From a bacterium (GTDB lineage: Bacteria > Cyanobacteriota > Vampirovibrionia > LMEP-6097), in contig JBJTTW010000130.1 of the NCBI GenBank assembly GCA_046080385.1, positions 1 to 52,405 on the forward strand: a stretch of 52,405 nucleotides of DNA. Reading direction: 5' to 3'. The notes under the pieces are model-generated. The model saw only the letters and a program-made list of their open reading frames with translations, was not told where the DNA came from and searched no databases. Shown in pieces: positions 10,490-20,753 of this stretch (positions are counted from its first letter, which is position 1; each line of letters opens with the position of its first letter). The position numbers and the translations under genes were made by a program.

Positions 10490-11421
10490 GCAGGTTTAAG
10501 TTGAAGATTATTTAATTTAGCAATTTCTAACTGCTGAGCTTCTCTTTTTTTAGTCATCGCTGAGCGTTTTCTTTCAATAAGATTATGGCTAACTCTCTTC
10601 AGGTCATAAGTCCAACCTATTAAAGATAGGCTGTAGATAAGCCATTTACTAGGGTCGTACTGATAAAATCTTACGCCGTTTCTGTAGTCGGAAGGAAATT
10701 CGTGGTGAAAATTATGATAACCTTCTCCAAAAGTTAATAAAGCTGTGAACCAATTATCTCTTGCGCTGTGAGAGTCTGAATAGGTCTGTTTTCCGATGCA
10801 ATGTGAAACAGAGTTAATAAGGAAAGTGGCGTGGTGATTAACTACTGATCTAAATACACCAGCTACAAAAAAGCCACCGAAAGCATCGCCCCAAGCGAAA
10901 TGTGCGATTAAAGTAGGTAAAACAAACCCAGACAGGACGGCGATGTATCCCCAATATTTATCTTGGAAAACAACTAGTTTATCTTGATAAAGATCTGCTG
11001 GTTTCGTATCCTTAACTTGATCATCAAATTTATAAAACAACCAAGTTATATGAGCCCACATAAAACCTCTGCTGATGCTGTAAGGATCTTTATCTTTGTG
11101 GTCAACGAATTGATGATGAACTCTGTGGTCTAGCGACCATAAAAGAGCAGAACTCTGAAGAGCCCCAGCCCCAAAAAATAAAAAGAATATACTAACAATC
11201 GGATTCGCTTTGTAAGTTCTGTGTGAAAATAATCGATGATAGCCAGCTGTAATGCTGATTTCTATTAGTGAAGTTAAGACGAGAAATAGGATGACAGTCT
11301 CCCAGTTAAACCATCCTTTATAAAACCAGTAGCTGACGGCTAAAGCTGAAATGATAGGACTGATTATTAGATAAATGGTGTTACCCCAATTTATCTTTTT
11401 ACTTGAAACTTGATTTGTCAT
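10483..11421 (-). CDS. Acyl-CoA/acyl-lipid delta-9 desaturase
   Basis: His boxes HRLFSH, HRVHH, GEGYHNFHH; DYRNG...YDPSKW. Confidence 0.9.
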   Translation of the reverse strand: MTNQVSSKKINWGNTIYLIISPIISALAVSYWFYKGWFNWETVILFLVLTSLIEISITAGYHRLFSHRTYKANPIVSIFFLFFGAGALQSSALLWSLDHRVHHQFVDHKDKDPYSISRGFMWAHITWLFYKFDDQVKDTKPADLYQDKLVVFQDKYWGYIAVLSGFVLPTLIAHFAWGDAFGGFFVAGVFRSVVNHHATFLINSVSHCIGKQTYSDSHSARDNWFTALLTFGEGYHNFHHEFPSDYRNGVRFYQYDPSKWLIYSLSLIGWTYDLKRVSHNLIERKRSAMTKKREAQQLEIAKLNNLQLKPAC

Positions 11422-11523
11422 ACTTATAGGAATATTATCTCATAAAAAAAAATAAGCTAAGCTTAAAATGTTTAATTTTAGCTGCTATCATGTTTTTAGT
11501 AATTATTGACAGGCTTTTAGCCC

Positions 11524-12765
11524 TTGTTGATAGAGGATATTCTTGTGCGAGTTGCGTTTACGGGAGGAGGCACTGGGGGACATATTTATCCATGTCTTGC
11601 TGTTGCTGAGCTATTTGAAGATGAAAGTAATCAATCTGGAGCTGAGAAAAACGCTCTTTATTATATTGGTGGTGAAGGAAAGCTTGAGCAGGAACTGTGT
11701 CTAAGAAAAGACTATATTCAGTTTCTACCTATTAATGCTCCAAGACTGCCATCTCGAAATAATTCTTTTAAAGAAAATTTAGAATGGTTTGGTATTTTTT
11801 TTAAAGCTTATCAATGTTCCGTAAACTACCTGAAGAAAAATAAAATTGATGTAGTGATGGGGACGGGTGGTTACGTGGCAGCGCCAGTGTTTCTTGCCTG
11901 TGTGACAACGAAAACCAAGTTCTTAATTCATAATCTTGATAGTAATTTTGGTTTGGTAAATAAATTGTTTAAAATATTTGCGAGTCGCGTAAGCTTAGGC
12001 TTTCCGATAAATATAAATTTTAATGATAAATATCATTACACGGGTAATCCAGTCTCACAAGATTTTATAAATATTTACAGGGAGAGCAAAAACGACGAGG
12101 ACGACGAAAACGCAGAAATTGAAGTTTGGCAGCAGCCCCGTGATGAAAATCATTTGAGGGTGTTAGTAACAGGTGGCAGTCAGGGTTCTCAGTTCGTTAA
12201 TGATAGTATAGGTGCTTTACTGAAAGATTTTGAAGATTTCAATCAGAGATTAGCTCTTAAAGGCAAAAGAATATCTATTATTCATATTACTGGCTCTAAG
12301 CTTTTTGACGAACATGTGAGTAAATATTTAAATGGTGATCCGAATAAATATTCTAACTATAAGGTTTTAAGTTACACCCATGAAATGTCCAATATTTCTA
12401 AAACCGTTGACATAGCTATTTGTAGGGCTGGTGCTATGACTTGTGCTGAAATGGCAGTGTCACTTATAGTACCAATATTAATTCCTTTACCTTGGGCTGC
12501 TCATGATCATCAGACTAAAAATGCAGAGGCTTTGGTTAAGGCTGCTTGTGGTTTCATAATTCGCCAAGATGTCTTGTCTGATGAGGGCACGGCACAAGGT
12601 CTAGAAAATGGAGCTGTAGATCGGTCTCAACAAAGGGAGATTGCTGATTTAATTTTTGACCTAGCTAGGAATCCTGAGAAAATATCGGAAATGAAGAAAA
12701 AACTATATCTGTTTGCAAAACCTGAAAGTAGTAGAGAAATTTTTACCTTGTTGAGAAATCTTTAA
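11524..12765 (+). CDS. murG: Undecaprenyl-PP-MurNAc-pentapeptide GlcNAc transferase, carrying two repeat-derived insertions
   Basis: GGGTGGHIYP, GTGGYVAAP, TGNPV, GGSQG, CRAGAMT, DHQTKNA. Confidence 0.93.
   Translation: MLIEDILVRVAFTGGGTGGHIYPCLAVAELFEDESNQSGAEKNALYYIGGEGKLEQELCLRKDYIQFLPINAPRLPSRNNSFKENLEWFGIFFKAYQCSVNYLKKNKIDVVMGTGGYVAAPVFLACVTTKTKFLIHNLDSNFGLVNKLFKIFASRVSLGFPININFNDKYHYTGNPVSQDFINIYRESKNDEDDENAEIEVWQQPRDENHLRVLVTGGSQGSQFVNDSIGALLKDFEDFNQRLALKGKRISIIHITGSKLFDEHVSKYLNGDPNKYSNYKVLSYTHEMSNISKTVDIAICRAGAMTCAEMAVSLIVPILIPLPWAAHDHQTKNAEALVKAACGFIIRQDVLSDEGTAQGLENGAVDRSQQREIADLIFDLARNPEKISEMKKKLYLFAKPESSREIFTLLRNL
12097..12138 (+). repeat. In-frame repeat copy in murG (EDDENAEIEVWQQP)
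   Basis: gaggacgacgaaaacgcagaaattgaagtttggcagcagccc matches the intergenic core. Confidence 0.9.
12603..12628 (+). repeat. Degenerate in-frame repeat end in murG (ENGAVDRS)
   Basis: agaaaatggagctgtagatcggtctc matches the reverse complement of 18730-18755 at 21 of 26 positions. Confidence 0.55.
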
Positions 12766-12795
12766 GAACCACTTCTGCAATGGATTGCTAGTGGT

Positions 12796-13383
12796 TTATT
12801 GCAAGCTGTCTATTAAATTTACAATTTCTGCATAAACAGCAGGATACTCATCTTTAAAGCCTTTATAGAAAATAAAAACTTGTGGTACTGAAATTAGTTT
12901 AGATGCTGAATCAGTTACTGGGAGATACTCTTGTAAGCTGTGTACGTAATAAACATCACCGCGTTTATTAAAGTTTTCTTTCCAAGGAAAAGTGTTTTTA
13001 AATTTTAAAATCTTTAATTGTTCGTGAATCTTAGTTACAGCGGTGATTTGATTTTTATCAAGGCTGATTATTCTAGAAGAGAAGCTAGTAAATTTAGGAT
13101 TATTTTTTCCTGGATCATGAAGGACGGTGATGTTTACAAAAGGCTGATCATAAAAGCGAAATTCTAGAATTCTATCTTTATCGAATTCACGAAAGTCAAT
13201 CTTGAACAGCATATTCATTTGTCCATTTTTAAGTTCGATGGACTTATTTCTTTTGACAGAGATAAGCTCAGCTTGAACAGAAGTCTGTATAAAAACTGAA
13301 ATCAGAAGAAGATAGAGTAATCGACAAATCGACTGTTTACAGAAACGCAGCAATGGAATTTTTCGAGCAGTCTCACGAAACAT
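12796..13383 (-). CDS. Hypothetical exported protein
   Basis: 195-aa ORF with a signal-peptide-like segment LLYLLLISVFIQTSVQA. Confidence 0.6.
   Translation of the reverse strand: MFRETARKIPLLRFCKQSICRLLYLLLISVFIQTSVQAELISVKRNKSIELKNGQMNMLFKIDFREFDKDRILEFRFYDQPFVNITVLHDPGKNNPKFTSFSSRIISLDKNQITAVTKIHEQLKILKFKNTFPWKENFNKRGDVYYVHSLQEYLPVTDSASKLISVPQVFIFYKGFKDEYPAVYAEIVNLIDSLQ
13331..13374 (+). repeat. Degenerate repeat copy in the 5' end of ORF 12796-13383 (read antisense)
   Basis: gactgttt...aaacgcagcaatggaatttttcgagcagtctc. Confidence 0.5.
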
Positions 13384-13385
13384 TT

Positions 13386-14756
13386 TTAGCTCACTTTTTT
13401 TCCTGTCGGTAGACCTCTAATTTCTTGTCTTGGTCTTGCGATACCCAGCATTTGAGCTGGTATATCTTGGGTTATTACAGAACCTGCTGCTACAGAGGCT
13501 CCTTCATGTATGGTTATTGGAGCTACTAGGACGGAGTTCGCTCCAGTACTAGCTCCTTGGCAGATTACGGTGGTGGATTTCTCACCAGTGAATGAATTAT
13601 AGTTAGCTGTAATAGTACCCGCGCCTATATTTACGTTAGACTTAATTTGAGCATCACCAAGATAACTCAAGTGAGCTGCGGAAGAGGCTTCACCCATGGT
13701 ACTATTTTTCACTTCAACAAAACATCCTACGCGTGCTTTGTTGTAAACGTCACTGCCATCTCTAATGTGTGCAAAAGGACCGATATTACAGTGTTCACCA
13801 ATGGAGCTTCTGTTAATGTGGGACTGAATTACAGTGCTATGAGAACCTATTTCAGCTGGTCCGAATATTGAAGTATTAGGACCAATAGAGCAGTTCGAGC
13901 CTATAGTGACACGACGATGTATATAAGTGCCAGGGTATATAACGGTGTCTGGGCCAATATCTACTTCTGGGCTAATGACTGTACTGTTAGTATCTATAAT
14001 TGTTACGCCTGCATCCATAAGAGCTTCTAGTGCTTCTTGATTTTTTAATCTTGAAACTGCTGCTAGATCGGTACGGCTATTAATCCCTAAAGCTTCATTA
14101 GGATTCTGTAAAATAAAATTACCGATGCTAAGACCTTGACTGTAAGCCCAAGCCACTAAATCGGTTAAATAAAATTCCTCTTGGGCATTATTGCTTTTAA
14201 GTTTGCTTAAGCCTTCTTTGATAAATTGCCACTCGAAACAGTAGACCCCAGCATTAACTTCTTTGATCGTTTTTTCTGCTTCCGAGCAGTCTTTATCTTC
14301 TTTGATGCCAATTATCGTATTATTTCTTCTAACTATGCGTCCATAGCCATCGGCACAGTCCACTAGGCTGCTTAGTAGAGTTATTTGGTGCTCTCTCTGC
14401 TCATGATAGTTAAGCATGTCGTTTAGTGTCTCTGAGCGGATTAAAGGAGAATCACCATTCACTACTAAAACAGTCCCTTCAAAATCATCAAGCTCATCTT
14501 GAACGCACATAAGTGCGTGTCCTGTACCCATTTGTATAGTTTGATCTACAACTGTAACTGGATATGCATGTAAAAAATTCCTTACTTTTTCAGCTTGGTG
14601 ACCACAAACTACTATGATTTCATCTTGATCAACTTCTGCAAGCGAGTCCAAAACCCAAGCTAAGATTGGTTTGTCGAATATTCGGTGTAAGACTTTAGCA
14701 TTGTTGGATTTTAGTCTAGAGCCTTTTCCTGCTGCAAGTACGACAGATTTAATCAT
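13386..14756 (-). CDS. glmU: Bifunctional UDP-GlcNAc pyrophosphorylase/acetyltransferase
   Basis: LAAGKGSRLKS, GTGHA, GYGRIVR, NNAQEEFYLTD, hexapeptide repeats, HLSYLGDA. Confidence 0.95.
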   Translation of the reverse strand: MIKSVVLAAGKGSRLKSNNAKVLHRIFDKPILAWVLDSLAEVDQDEIIVVCGHQAEKVRNFLHAYPVTVVDQTIQMGTGHALMCVQDELDDFEGTVLVVNGDSPLIRSETLNDMLNYHEQREHQITLLSSLVDCADGYGRIVRRNNTIIGIKEDKDCSEAEKTIKEVNAGVYCFEWQFIKEGLSKLKSNNAQEEFYLTDLVAWAYSQGLSIGNFILQNPNEALGINSRTDLAAVSRLKNQEALEALMDAGVTIIDTNSTVISPEVDIGPDTVIYPGTYIHRRVTIGSNCSIGPNTSIFGPAEIGSHSTVIQSHINRSSIGEHCNIGPFAHIRDGSDVYNKARVGCFVEVKNSTMGEASSAAHLSYLGDAQIKSNVNIGAGTITANYNSFTGEKSTTVICQGASTGANSVLVAPITIHEGASVAAGSVITQDIPAQMLGIARPRQEIRGLPTGKKVS

Positions 14757-14792
14757 GGTTTTATAATAGCAAAAAACTATTTGATGACGAGT

Positions 14793-15482
14793 TTATTCAT
14801 CTGAATTAGCTTTCCTGACATAATGTCCATTCTTTTTATCAAAAAAAACATCAACCAAAGGATGCGTGATAATGAAATCATCTTCTGTCTCAGTCATTAA
14901 ATCTTCAGGTACATAAAGCATTAAATCTGTGTTATGAACTAAAACATAGTACCAAGGCTTGTTTTCAAAGCTTTTATCAAATTTAGTTATATCCAAATCA
15001 GCATTGCTCAGGAAGTACATGTCAAAGTCGACAACTAAGCCATAATAATTTTCTTCTCGATGTTTAAGTATTTGACCTTTACGGAAGCGGTTTTTTGGAA
15101 ATTCATTGAGATTTATGGATAAATAAAACCTTGGAATCGTAACATTGAAGCTGTTTCCTTCTTTGTCTATAAAGCCATAATTACCTTCCATCGTTCCAAA
15201 ATTAGTTTTAAGGTTTGAAAAACTAAAATATAGATGAGTCTCTCCAGGAGCGATAATAGGTTTCTTCCCAACTACACCTTCTCCAGAGACTTCAGACCTA
15301 TCTGAATCAGAATCAATAATGAGCCAGTATCTGTTTAGCAATTGAACTTCTACTGGACTTTTATTTTGGATTTCAATTTTATAGCAAAAAAGAAAATTAT
15401 TATTGGCTGGAACGGAGTAGTCATCTAGATAAACAGAGGCTGCTTTGACTTCGATGTCGGAGCTAGTGGCTATACTAGGCAT
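14793..15482 (-). CDS. apaG: ApaG (DUF525) domain fused to a C-terminal HspQ/YccV-like domain
   Basis: VQLLNRYWLI, GEGVVGKKPII, GTMEGNY (ApaG); FRKGQILKH...YGLVVDFD...PWYYVLV...YVPEDL...HPLV (HspQ-like). Confidence 0.8.
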   Translation of the reverse strand: MPSIATSSDIEVKAASVYLDDYSVPANNNFLFCYKIEIQNKSPVEVQLLNRYWLIIDSDSDRSEVSGEGVVGKKPIIAPGETHLYFSFSNLKTNFGTMEGNYGFIDKEGNSFNVTIPRFYLSINLNEFPKNRFRKGQILKHREENYYGLVVDFDMYFLSNADLDITKFDKSFENKPWYYVLVHNTDLMLYVPEDLMTETEDDFIITHPLVDVFFDKKNGHYVRKANSDE

Positions 15483-15540
15483 TGGAACACAAATGAGATA
15501 TCCTTATCTCTATACTAAGAACTATAACTTAAATTAATGA

Positions 15541-16731
15541 ATGTATTATACCAATTTTCAGAAAAAAGAATTTGACTCCTACCTAGAATGTTTGCAATTG
15601 CCTCAAACAACTAATTTGAAGGGTGCTAAAAATATTTATATTGATTTGGATACATTATTGTTTTCGAGTAATCTGAAGTTGAATCAGAGTAATCATTCTT
15701 ACCCAATTCAGGATTTAATGTTGAAAATAAATGAGTTACTAAAAATTTTAAGTGAGATAGATGCTAAGGCAAATAGAGAAAAACAGCATAGGATTTTACG
15801 AATTAGTTTAGTAGATATCAAATCTACAGTGGATGAGGATTTATTTTATTGGTCTTATTATAGTCATAAATATACTGCTTCTAAAGGTGTTGATATTAAA
15901 GCACTCGACGAATGGCATAAATTTGAAGATAAATTAGATGTAGATAAGTTAGCAGAATTTAAGGCACGTCGCGAAATAAACCTGTCTCTCTATCTACATA
16001 TTGTTAAAAATCATATGTATTTTAATCGTATTATTTTTGCAAGTAATCGTCAGCATAATCCATTGATTGAAGACTTTGGTTTTGATGTAGCAGAAGAGAT
16101 CTATTTAAATAGAGTTATTAAAGAGCATCATGCACAAAATATTTGTTCAATATCACCTTCTTGCTTAACGAGTGCTTTGTTTTTTTTAACTAAAGATATT
16201 GTTTCTGATTATAAACTTAAAAATCTTAAGGCGAGCATTATCTCTAATTCAAAGAAGCTTAGCTCAGAAATTCAGTTAGATCTTAAGTTAATGCTGCATC
16301 ACCTAGATATCACGAAAACGGATTCAGCGAGTTCTGATTTTATAATTTTAATTAATGACTTGGATCTCTTAACGCACATACCAGAGTTTGAGCAGAATAA
16401 ACCACTCTTTGTTATTGATCTCAGCGGTTCTGAATCTCCTAATTTTAGTTATATGCTTTTAAAAAATGATAATTTTTCTGAAGTCTTTGCTTATGCGAAG
16501 AAGAGACATAAAGAACCTAATCACTCTGCTATTATTAGAGCTTTGAGTGCGGGGTTGTTATCTTTTGCTAGAGGCTCTCGGTTTGTTGATCAAATAGCTA
16601 TAAATTATATGGATGATTATTTTAGTCCATTATCTATGGCCCTTAATCAGCCTTTGAAATCCTTTGTGAATCCGATTAGTATTCTCGCTCAAAAATTAGA
16701 AGATCATAATGTTAAGCAGCAAGATTCGTAA
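15541..16731 (+). CDS. Hypothetical protein, possibly distantly DUF4127-like
   Basis: 396-aa ORF overlapping the argS start; family resemblance is weak and from memory. Confidence 0.6.
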   Translation: MYYTNFQKKEFDSYLECLQLPQTTNLKGAKNIYIDLDTLLFSSNLKLNQSNHSYPIQDLMLKINELLKILSEIDAKANREKQHRILRISLVDIKSTVDEDLFYWSYYSHKYTASKGVDIKALDEWHKFEDKLDVDKLAEFKARREINLSLYLHIVKNHMYFNRIIFASNRQHNPLIEDFGFDVAEEIYLNRVIKEHHAQNICSISPSCLTSALFFLTKDIVSDYKLKNLKASIISNSKKLSSEIQLDLKLMLHHLDITKTDSASSDFIILINDLDLLTHIPEFEQNKPLFVIDLSGSESPNFSYMLLKNDNFSEVFAYAKKRHKEPNHSAIIRALSAGLLSFARGSRFVDQIAINYMDDYFSPLSMALNQPLKSFVNPISILAQKLEDHNVKQQDS

Positions 16732-18601
16732 TTTATTCCAAACAGCTATAGATAAGGCTATTTCAGTATCTGATTTAGGTGAACTGAAAAGCTTTTCTGA
16801 CTATATAGATGTAGAGAGGTGCAAAAACCCTGATCACGGTGACATCGCTGTGAATATAGCTCTGAAGCTCTCTCGTGAAGCCAAGCTTGTACCATTGAAA
16901 ATTGCTCAAAATATAGTGAAACATTTAGATGTCCTTGCTATTGGCGATATTTCTATAGCTGGTCCAGGCTTTATTAATATTCGTTTGAATTGGGATTTTT
17001 TAGAATCTGCTCTAGTAGAGATTCATCAAGAGAAAGATAATTATGGTCGTCTATCTAAAGAGGCTCGGGCTGATATGGAGCCACATCGTTTTCTTGTGGA
17101 ATATGTTTCAGCGAATCCTACTGGTAATTTACATTTAGGTCATGGTAGGCAGGCGGTTCTCGGTAATTCCCTTGCAAGATTACTGGATTGGGCTGGTTAT
17201 GAGGTATCTAGTGAATTTTATATCAATGATGCTGGTGTGCAGATTGAAAAGCTTGCGCTCTCCGCTCAAGCTGCGATTCAAATTCAAGAAGCTCATATTA
17301 GTAAAGAAGCTTATCCAGAGGATGCTTATCCGTTAGACTCTATGTTAGACGTTTTAAAACCAGAGATTTATAGACCTAAGCTGGAAGCCTATTTGGATAC
17401 TGTTTCTCTTGCTAGTGATCAAGCAAAAGAGATTGCGGGGCAGCTAGCAAAAAGCCTTTTCCTTGATTTACAGAAGAAAGTTTTAGCTGATATAGAAGTT
17501 CATTTCGATACATGGTACTCGGAGAACGAGAATCTATATCAAGTTAAAATTAATGATAAAAATAAAATTGAGTTAATCTGTGAGACACTTAAAGCAGCAA
17601 AAGTAAAACGAGAAAATTCTGAGCAGTCCCATGAAGGCACTGTTGCCAAAAACGCAGATCCGCTACACGCCAATGAAGTCTCTGCTGTGTATGAAGAAGA
17701 CTCGGCTCTATGGTTTAGAGCGAAATCCTTTGGTGATGAGCGAGATAGAGTTCTTAGGAAATCTCAAGGTGTGTTCACTTATTTAGCTGGTGATATCGCG
17801 TATCATAAAGATAAATTTGACAGAGGTTTTGATAAATTAATTAACGTTTGGGGCAGTGACCATCATGGCCAAGAGCTTGGCATTCGTGGAGCGATTCAAG
17901 CCATTGGCTATAATCCAGATCAGCTAGAGTTAATTTTTATTCAATTAGTTTCTGTTAAGGAAGATGGCGTGGAGAAAAAAATGTCTAAGCGTAAAGGCAC
18001 TATCGTTAATGTTGATGATCTTTTAGCTGAAGTTGGTAAAGATGCTCTGAGATTCTTTCTCGTGGATAGTCAAGCCAATAATCGTATGGTTTTTGACTTA
18101 GCTCTAGCTCAGAAGCATGATAAAGATAATCCAGTTTATTACATACAGTACGCACATGCCCGCTCGGCCAGCATATTTCGTAATTTGGTAAGCCCTCGTA
18201 TTAATATAGTTGATAATACCGAAGAAGCTGCTATTTTTGAAGTAGATGAATTAGAACGCTTATTAAATGAAGACTTTAAAACATTCTCTGCGAATTTTAA
18301 AAAACTCTTTTCTGATGAATATCATAGTGAAGAGCAGTTAAAAACTATCAGAAGTTTAGTCTTAGAACTTATAGAGTTACCTAAGCTTGTTATAGACGCT
18401 GCTGATATTAGAGCACCTTATAAAATCTCAGTCTACTTAAAGAATTTAGCTAGCTTATTTCATCAGTTCTATAATGAAAACCGCATTATAGGCGAGAATG
18501 AAGAGGTTATGAAGGCTAGGCTATCTCTTGTCGCAGCTTCTAAGATAGTTATAAAAAATGCTCTTAGTATACTTGGGATATCTGCCCCAGAGAAAATGTA
18601 A
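16709..18601 (+). CDS. argS: Arginine--tRNA ligase with a repeat-derived insertion
   Basis: VEYVSANPTGNLHLGHGR, WGSDHHG, KMSKRKG, NPVYYIQYAHAR, C-terminal APEKM. Confidence 0.95.
   Translation: MLSSKIRNLFQTAIDKAISVSDLGELKSFSDYIDVERCKNPDHGDIAVNIALKLSREAKLVPLKIAQNIVKHLDVLAIGDISIAGPGFINIRLNWDFLESALVEIHQEKDNYGRLSKEARADMEPHRFLVEYVSANPTGNLHLGHGRQAVLGNSLARLLDWAGYEVSSEFYINDAGVQIEKLALSAQAAIQIQEAHISKEAYPEDAYPLDSMLDVLKPEIYRPKLEAYLDTVSLASDQAKEIAGQLAKSLFLDLQKKVLADIEVHFDTWYSENENLYQVKINDKNKIELICETLKAAKVKRENSEQSHEGTVAKNADPLHANEVSAVYEEDSALWFRAKSFGDERDRVLRKSQGVFTYLAGDIAYHKDKFDRGFDKLINVWGSDHHGQELGIRGAIQAIGYNPDQLELIFIQLVSVKEDGVEKKMSKRKGTIVNVDDLLAEVGKDALRFFLVDSQANNRMVFDLALAQKHDKDNPVYYIQYAHARSASIFRNLVSPRINIVDNTEEAAIFEVDELERLLNEDFKTFSANFKKLFSDEYHSEEQLKTIRSLVLELIELPKLVIDAADIRAPYKISVYLKNLASLFHQFYNENRIIGENEEVMKARLSLVAASKIVIKNALSILGISAPEKM
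17621..17671 (+). repeat. Mosaic in-frame repeat remnant in argS (EQSHEGTVAKNADPLHA)
   Basis: Contains GGCACTGTTGCCAA, AAAACGCAGA and CGCTACACGCC, all modules of the repeat family. Confidence 0.7.
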
Positions 18602-18604
18602 CAG

Positions 18605-18815
18605 GGGCGTGTAGCGAAACTCCAATTTCTGCGTTTTCGCCCGCCTCATGATCCTCATGCACTTCTAGTGCACTGCGGTCATTCGTCCTCCTCAGCCTTG
18701 AACTTGTTCGTTTGGCTACACGCCCAAAAGAGACTGCTGCACAACTCCATTTTCTGCGTTTTCGTCCGCCTCATGATCCTCATGCACTTCTAGTGTACTG
18801 TGGTCATTCGTCCTC
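18605..18815 (-). repeat. One complete 121-bp unit (18605-18725) plus a partial unit (18730-18815) of the palindromic repeat
   Basis: GGGCGTGTAGC/GCTACACGCCC terminal inverted repeats; internal GTGCACTAGAAGTGCAT hairpin; the second unit has a GAGACTGCTGCA end. Confidence 0.92.
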
Positions 18816-19185
18816 ATTGTATATAATATCTGTCATTATTTAGGCTTACTGTTTTTTGATAAGTTTTAAATTCTGACAACTCAAAGCATTCATTCATACC
18901 GCTTTTCAGTAGGTCAAAAATTTTAAAGCCATCGATTAGATCTTTCGCGAATAAAACTAACTGTCTATCACTGATTCTCTGTGACTGTGGCATATGTTCG
19001 CTGATAATACCCCTAATTCTAGAGATGTGTGATTCTACAGTTCTTACAGAGAGGAAAAGATTTTCGGCTATTTCTGTATTCGTCTGTCCCTGTGCTAAAA
19101 ATTCCAGAACTGCGATCTGCTTTTCAGTAAGCCTCTTTCCTTTAAAGGTAATGCGTGGAAGATTTTCTGTATCGTACTTGAACAT
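18814..19185 (-). CDS. LuxR-type HTH transcriptional regulator
   Basis: LTEKQIAVLEFLAQGQTNTEIAENLFLSVRTVESHISRI. Confidence 0.85.
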   Translation of the reverse strand: MFKYDTENLPRITFKGKRLTEKQIAVLEFLAQGQTNTEIAENLFLSVRTVESHISRIRGIISEHMPQSQRISDRQLVLFAKDLIDGFKIFDLLKSGMNECFELSEFKTYQKTVSLNNDRYYIQ

Positions 19186-19299
19186 TTAATTTTACTCCTT
19201 GTTTTAATAGAGGACTCAGTCTTAACTCCGAAGTCCTTTATTAAATTTATCTAGTAGGAATAAAAATTATAAGGGGTCATTTTTCCCCAAAATTTTAGT

Positions 19300-20685
19300 C
19301 TATCTTGCGAAAGTTAATCTTTCACCTCTGAAATCCTCATTAAAGACACCATTATCATAAACCAAAACTCCATTAATAAAAGTCTGATGAATCTTAGAGT
19401 GAAATTTAGTTCCCTCAAGCGGTGACCAGCCACATTTATAGAGAATATTAGATTTATCTACAGTCCAACTCGGTGCTCTCTCTGATTTGTCTAAGCTAAA
19501 TATGGTTAAATCTGCTTTATAACCCTTTCTAATAAAACCTCGATTCTCAATTTGAAAACAATGAGCCGGACTGTGAGCAACTTTTTCTACTATCTTTTCA
19601 AGGCTTAATTTGCCTTGTACGTGCAATTCGAATAATACATTTAAAGCGTGTTGTACCATTGGTGCTCCAGCAGGGGATTTGAAGTAAGGATTATTTTTCT
19701 CTTCTAATGTGTGTGGTGAGTGATCTGTAGCTATTATATCTAGAATGTTTTCTATGACAGCTTTCTGTAGGGCTTCTCTGTCTCCTTTCGTCTTAACAGC
19801 AGGATTCCATTTAATTAAAGCACCTTTAGATTCATAATCCTCATCTGAAAACCAGAGATGATGGCAGCAAACTTCTGCTGTTATTCTCTTTTCTCTAAGT
19901 GGTAATTTATTATCAAATAACTTTAATTCATCTGCTGTAGTGAGATGTAGAACATGAAGGCGAGTGCCGTATTTTTTAGCTAAATTAACAGCCTTCTCCG
20001 ATGAACGAAAACAGGCTTCGTGATTGCGGATTAATGGATGATAATCTACTGAAAGATCTTCACCGTGCAGTTCTATAAATTTTTTAGCATTCGCATTAAT
20101 AACTGATTCTTCTTCGCAGTGAGTTGCTATTAGCATTGGACTCTGAGAAAAAACGTCGTTTAGAGTTTTATCATTATCGACGAGCATATTCCCAGTAGAG
20201 GCTCCCATAAATATTTTAATGCCACACACGGTTTTGGGATCTGTCTTTAAAACCTCTGCTAGATTGTCATTTGAGGTACCCATGTAGAAAGAGTAATTGG
20301 CGTGTGATTTTTGGCTAGCTAATTCAAACTTTTCGGCTAAAAGCTCCTGCGTAAGAGCGCGTGGGTGGGTGTTTGGCATTTCCATAAATGAGGTTATGCC
20401 ACCAGCAACAGCCGCTCTAGATTCGGTTTCTAAATCACCTTTATGGGTAAGACCGGGCTCCCTAAAGTGTACCTGTCCATCTATCATTCCAGGCATCACA
20501 TATTTAAATTTCAAATCATGAATTTCCATTTGCTCTCTCATTGCATGATTGCGAAATTCTTGATAATCCTTGGAGTCGTGTCTGATGATGTTTTTAATTA
20601 AATCCCCTTCAATAATAATTTCCCCTGAATAAATTTCTCCTTCGTTAATAATTTTTGCATTCGAGAGAAGAGTGTTTTTAACCAT
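19300..20685 (-). CDS. pyrC: Dihydroorotase
   Basis: PGMIDGQVHFREPG, EMPNT, KIFMGASTG, HCEEE, KWNPAVK, ATDHSPH. Confidence 0.9.
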   Translation of the reverse strand: MVKNTLLSNAKIINEGEIYSGEIIIEGDLIKNIIRHDSKDYQEFRNHAMREQMEIHDLKFKYVMPGMIDGQVHFREPGLTHKGDLETESRAAVAGGITSFMEMPNTHPRALTQELLAEKFELASQKSHANYSFYMGTSNDNLAEVLKTDPKTVCGIKIFMGASTGNMLVDNDKTLNDVFSQSPMLIATHCEEESVINANAKKFIELHGEDLSVDYHPLIRNHEACFRSSEKAVNLAKKYGTRLHVLHLTTADELKLFDNKLPLREKRITAEVCCHHLWFSDEDYESKGALIKWNPAVKTKGDREALQKAVIENILDIIATDHSPHTLEEKNNPYFKSPAGAPMVQHALNVLFELHVQGKLSLEKIVEKVAHSPAHCFQIENRGFIRKGYKADLTIFSLDKSERAPSWTVDKSNILYKCGWSPLEGTKFHSKIHQTFINGVLVYDNGVFNEDFRGERLTFAR

Positions 20686-20753
20686 ACTTTTATTATATTT
20701 GAAGTATGGTTAATGGGGGGCTAAAATATCAAGTTGTAATTCAAGGTCTAACC

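Noticed and set aside
12097-12138. Intein or self-splicing intron explanation for the in-frame insertions
   Set aside because: Inserts are only 10-35 aa, lack intein C/S...HN ends and intron core structure, and match intergenic repeats.
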